Part shown: positions 63,131-64,000 of the stretch, in pieces
How the letters are laid out: every line of letters starts with the position of its first letter
Numbering within the stretch: position 1 is the first letter of the stretch
NCBI RefSeq assembly: GCF_009914755.1
Contig: NC_060940.1
Length of the DNA: 64,000 bases
DNA from: the human T2T-CHM13v2.0 reference genome, Homo sapiens
Strand: one strand, 5' to 3'
Program-made: the position numbers and the translations under genes
Notes under the pieces: generated by a model
Told to the model about the DNA's origin: nothing
The model's input: the letters and a program-made list of their open reading frames with translations, nothing else
The model's database searches: none

Positions 63131-64000
63131 TGGGAGACTCTACTGCCATTCTTGGTTTGGGAGGTTGCATCCCTTCCTGTTTTACTTATGGGGTGGGAGC
63201 AAGAAAACAACCTTCTCTCTGTATCATCTTGCCTTGTAGTTACAGCTGTAAATGTGGGCCTTCATGTCCCTTTGGGTGGCTGCAGACATGGTTTTAACTG
63301 TTTGCTGTGCCCCTTGCACATGAGAATAGCAATTTATATCAATAACCAGGTCTGGCAACATCTGCCAAGGTTGTCACACTCTGTGATTAAATGGCCACAT
63401 GTGCTGAGAACACGAGGACAATGGGGTTGTAATTAGGGCTTGCTGTCTCTCCATCGGCCACCCGCACCATGCGTCCCTTCCTATAACCTTGCTTTTGTGA
63501 ACTGATTTGTGAATCAAATTATTCCACTGGGCATGCCAGTGTGTGCTGGGTTAATAATAATACTCTATATTTGTGAATCTCTGTAATTGTACAGGGTTCT
63601 GCATAAGCGAAAGTCTAAACCCCTTTTTGCCATTTTACCTGGTGCTGTTGGAAAATGTGTCAGGGGATCATACAAGATAACATTAGAAGTTAACTTTAAA
63701 AATAGTAGGGAGTGGAGCATGTTCTTCATGGCATCATTATTGTGAAATAAGGTTTTACTTTATGGTTATCTCAGCATCCGTTAAATGCCACTGACCCTGT
63801 AAGAAAGGCAGGCAGAGAGAACACAAATAGAATTTTGTTAACTCTGCAAGGAGAAAGTTAAACACTGTGTTAATATCATATTAAAAACACTCTTAATGCA
63901 CAGAAGAAAAAAAAATCCCTCCTCGTTTTGTTCCTGGTATGACAAAGATGGATGATGGTTACATAAGGAATTGGCATGTTAAAAAAAGACACACTTGAAA

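Overview
Primate (human-like; AluJ/S/Y, THE1 and L1PA present) non-coding genomic DNA. I found no protein-coding exon, RNA gene or CRISPR array that I can support, and I cannot name the locus. The window holds about 30 Alu copies or fragments, MaLR LTRs (MSTA/B, THE1, MLT1), L1/L2/MIR relics, hAT and mariner fossils (MER20, MER58, MER3/33, MER102-like, MADE1) and a near full-length Tigger1. LTR and young L1 copies are mostly on the minus strand, which suggests a long intron of a plus-strand gene (inference). The most unusual stretch is 32.6-35.7 kb: a ~180-bp TA-rich repeat, a 117-bp ~91%-identical direct duplication bracketing a 28-bp minisatellite whose consensus has no stop codon on the minus strand, and a twin-primed L1 with a 16-bp target-site duplication (TSD) and a large internal gap. 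Other points of interest are two poly(A)-less Alus with TSDs, two candidate recursive splice sites (YAG|GTATG) and several repeat-free, CpG-retaining candidate enhancers. I do not see evidence for a novel multi-gene system. Repeat subfamily calls come from recalled consensus features and need RepeatMasker/Dfam confirmation.
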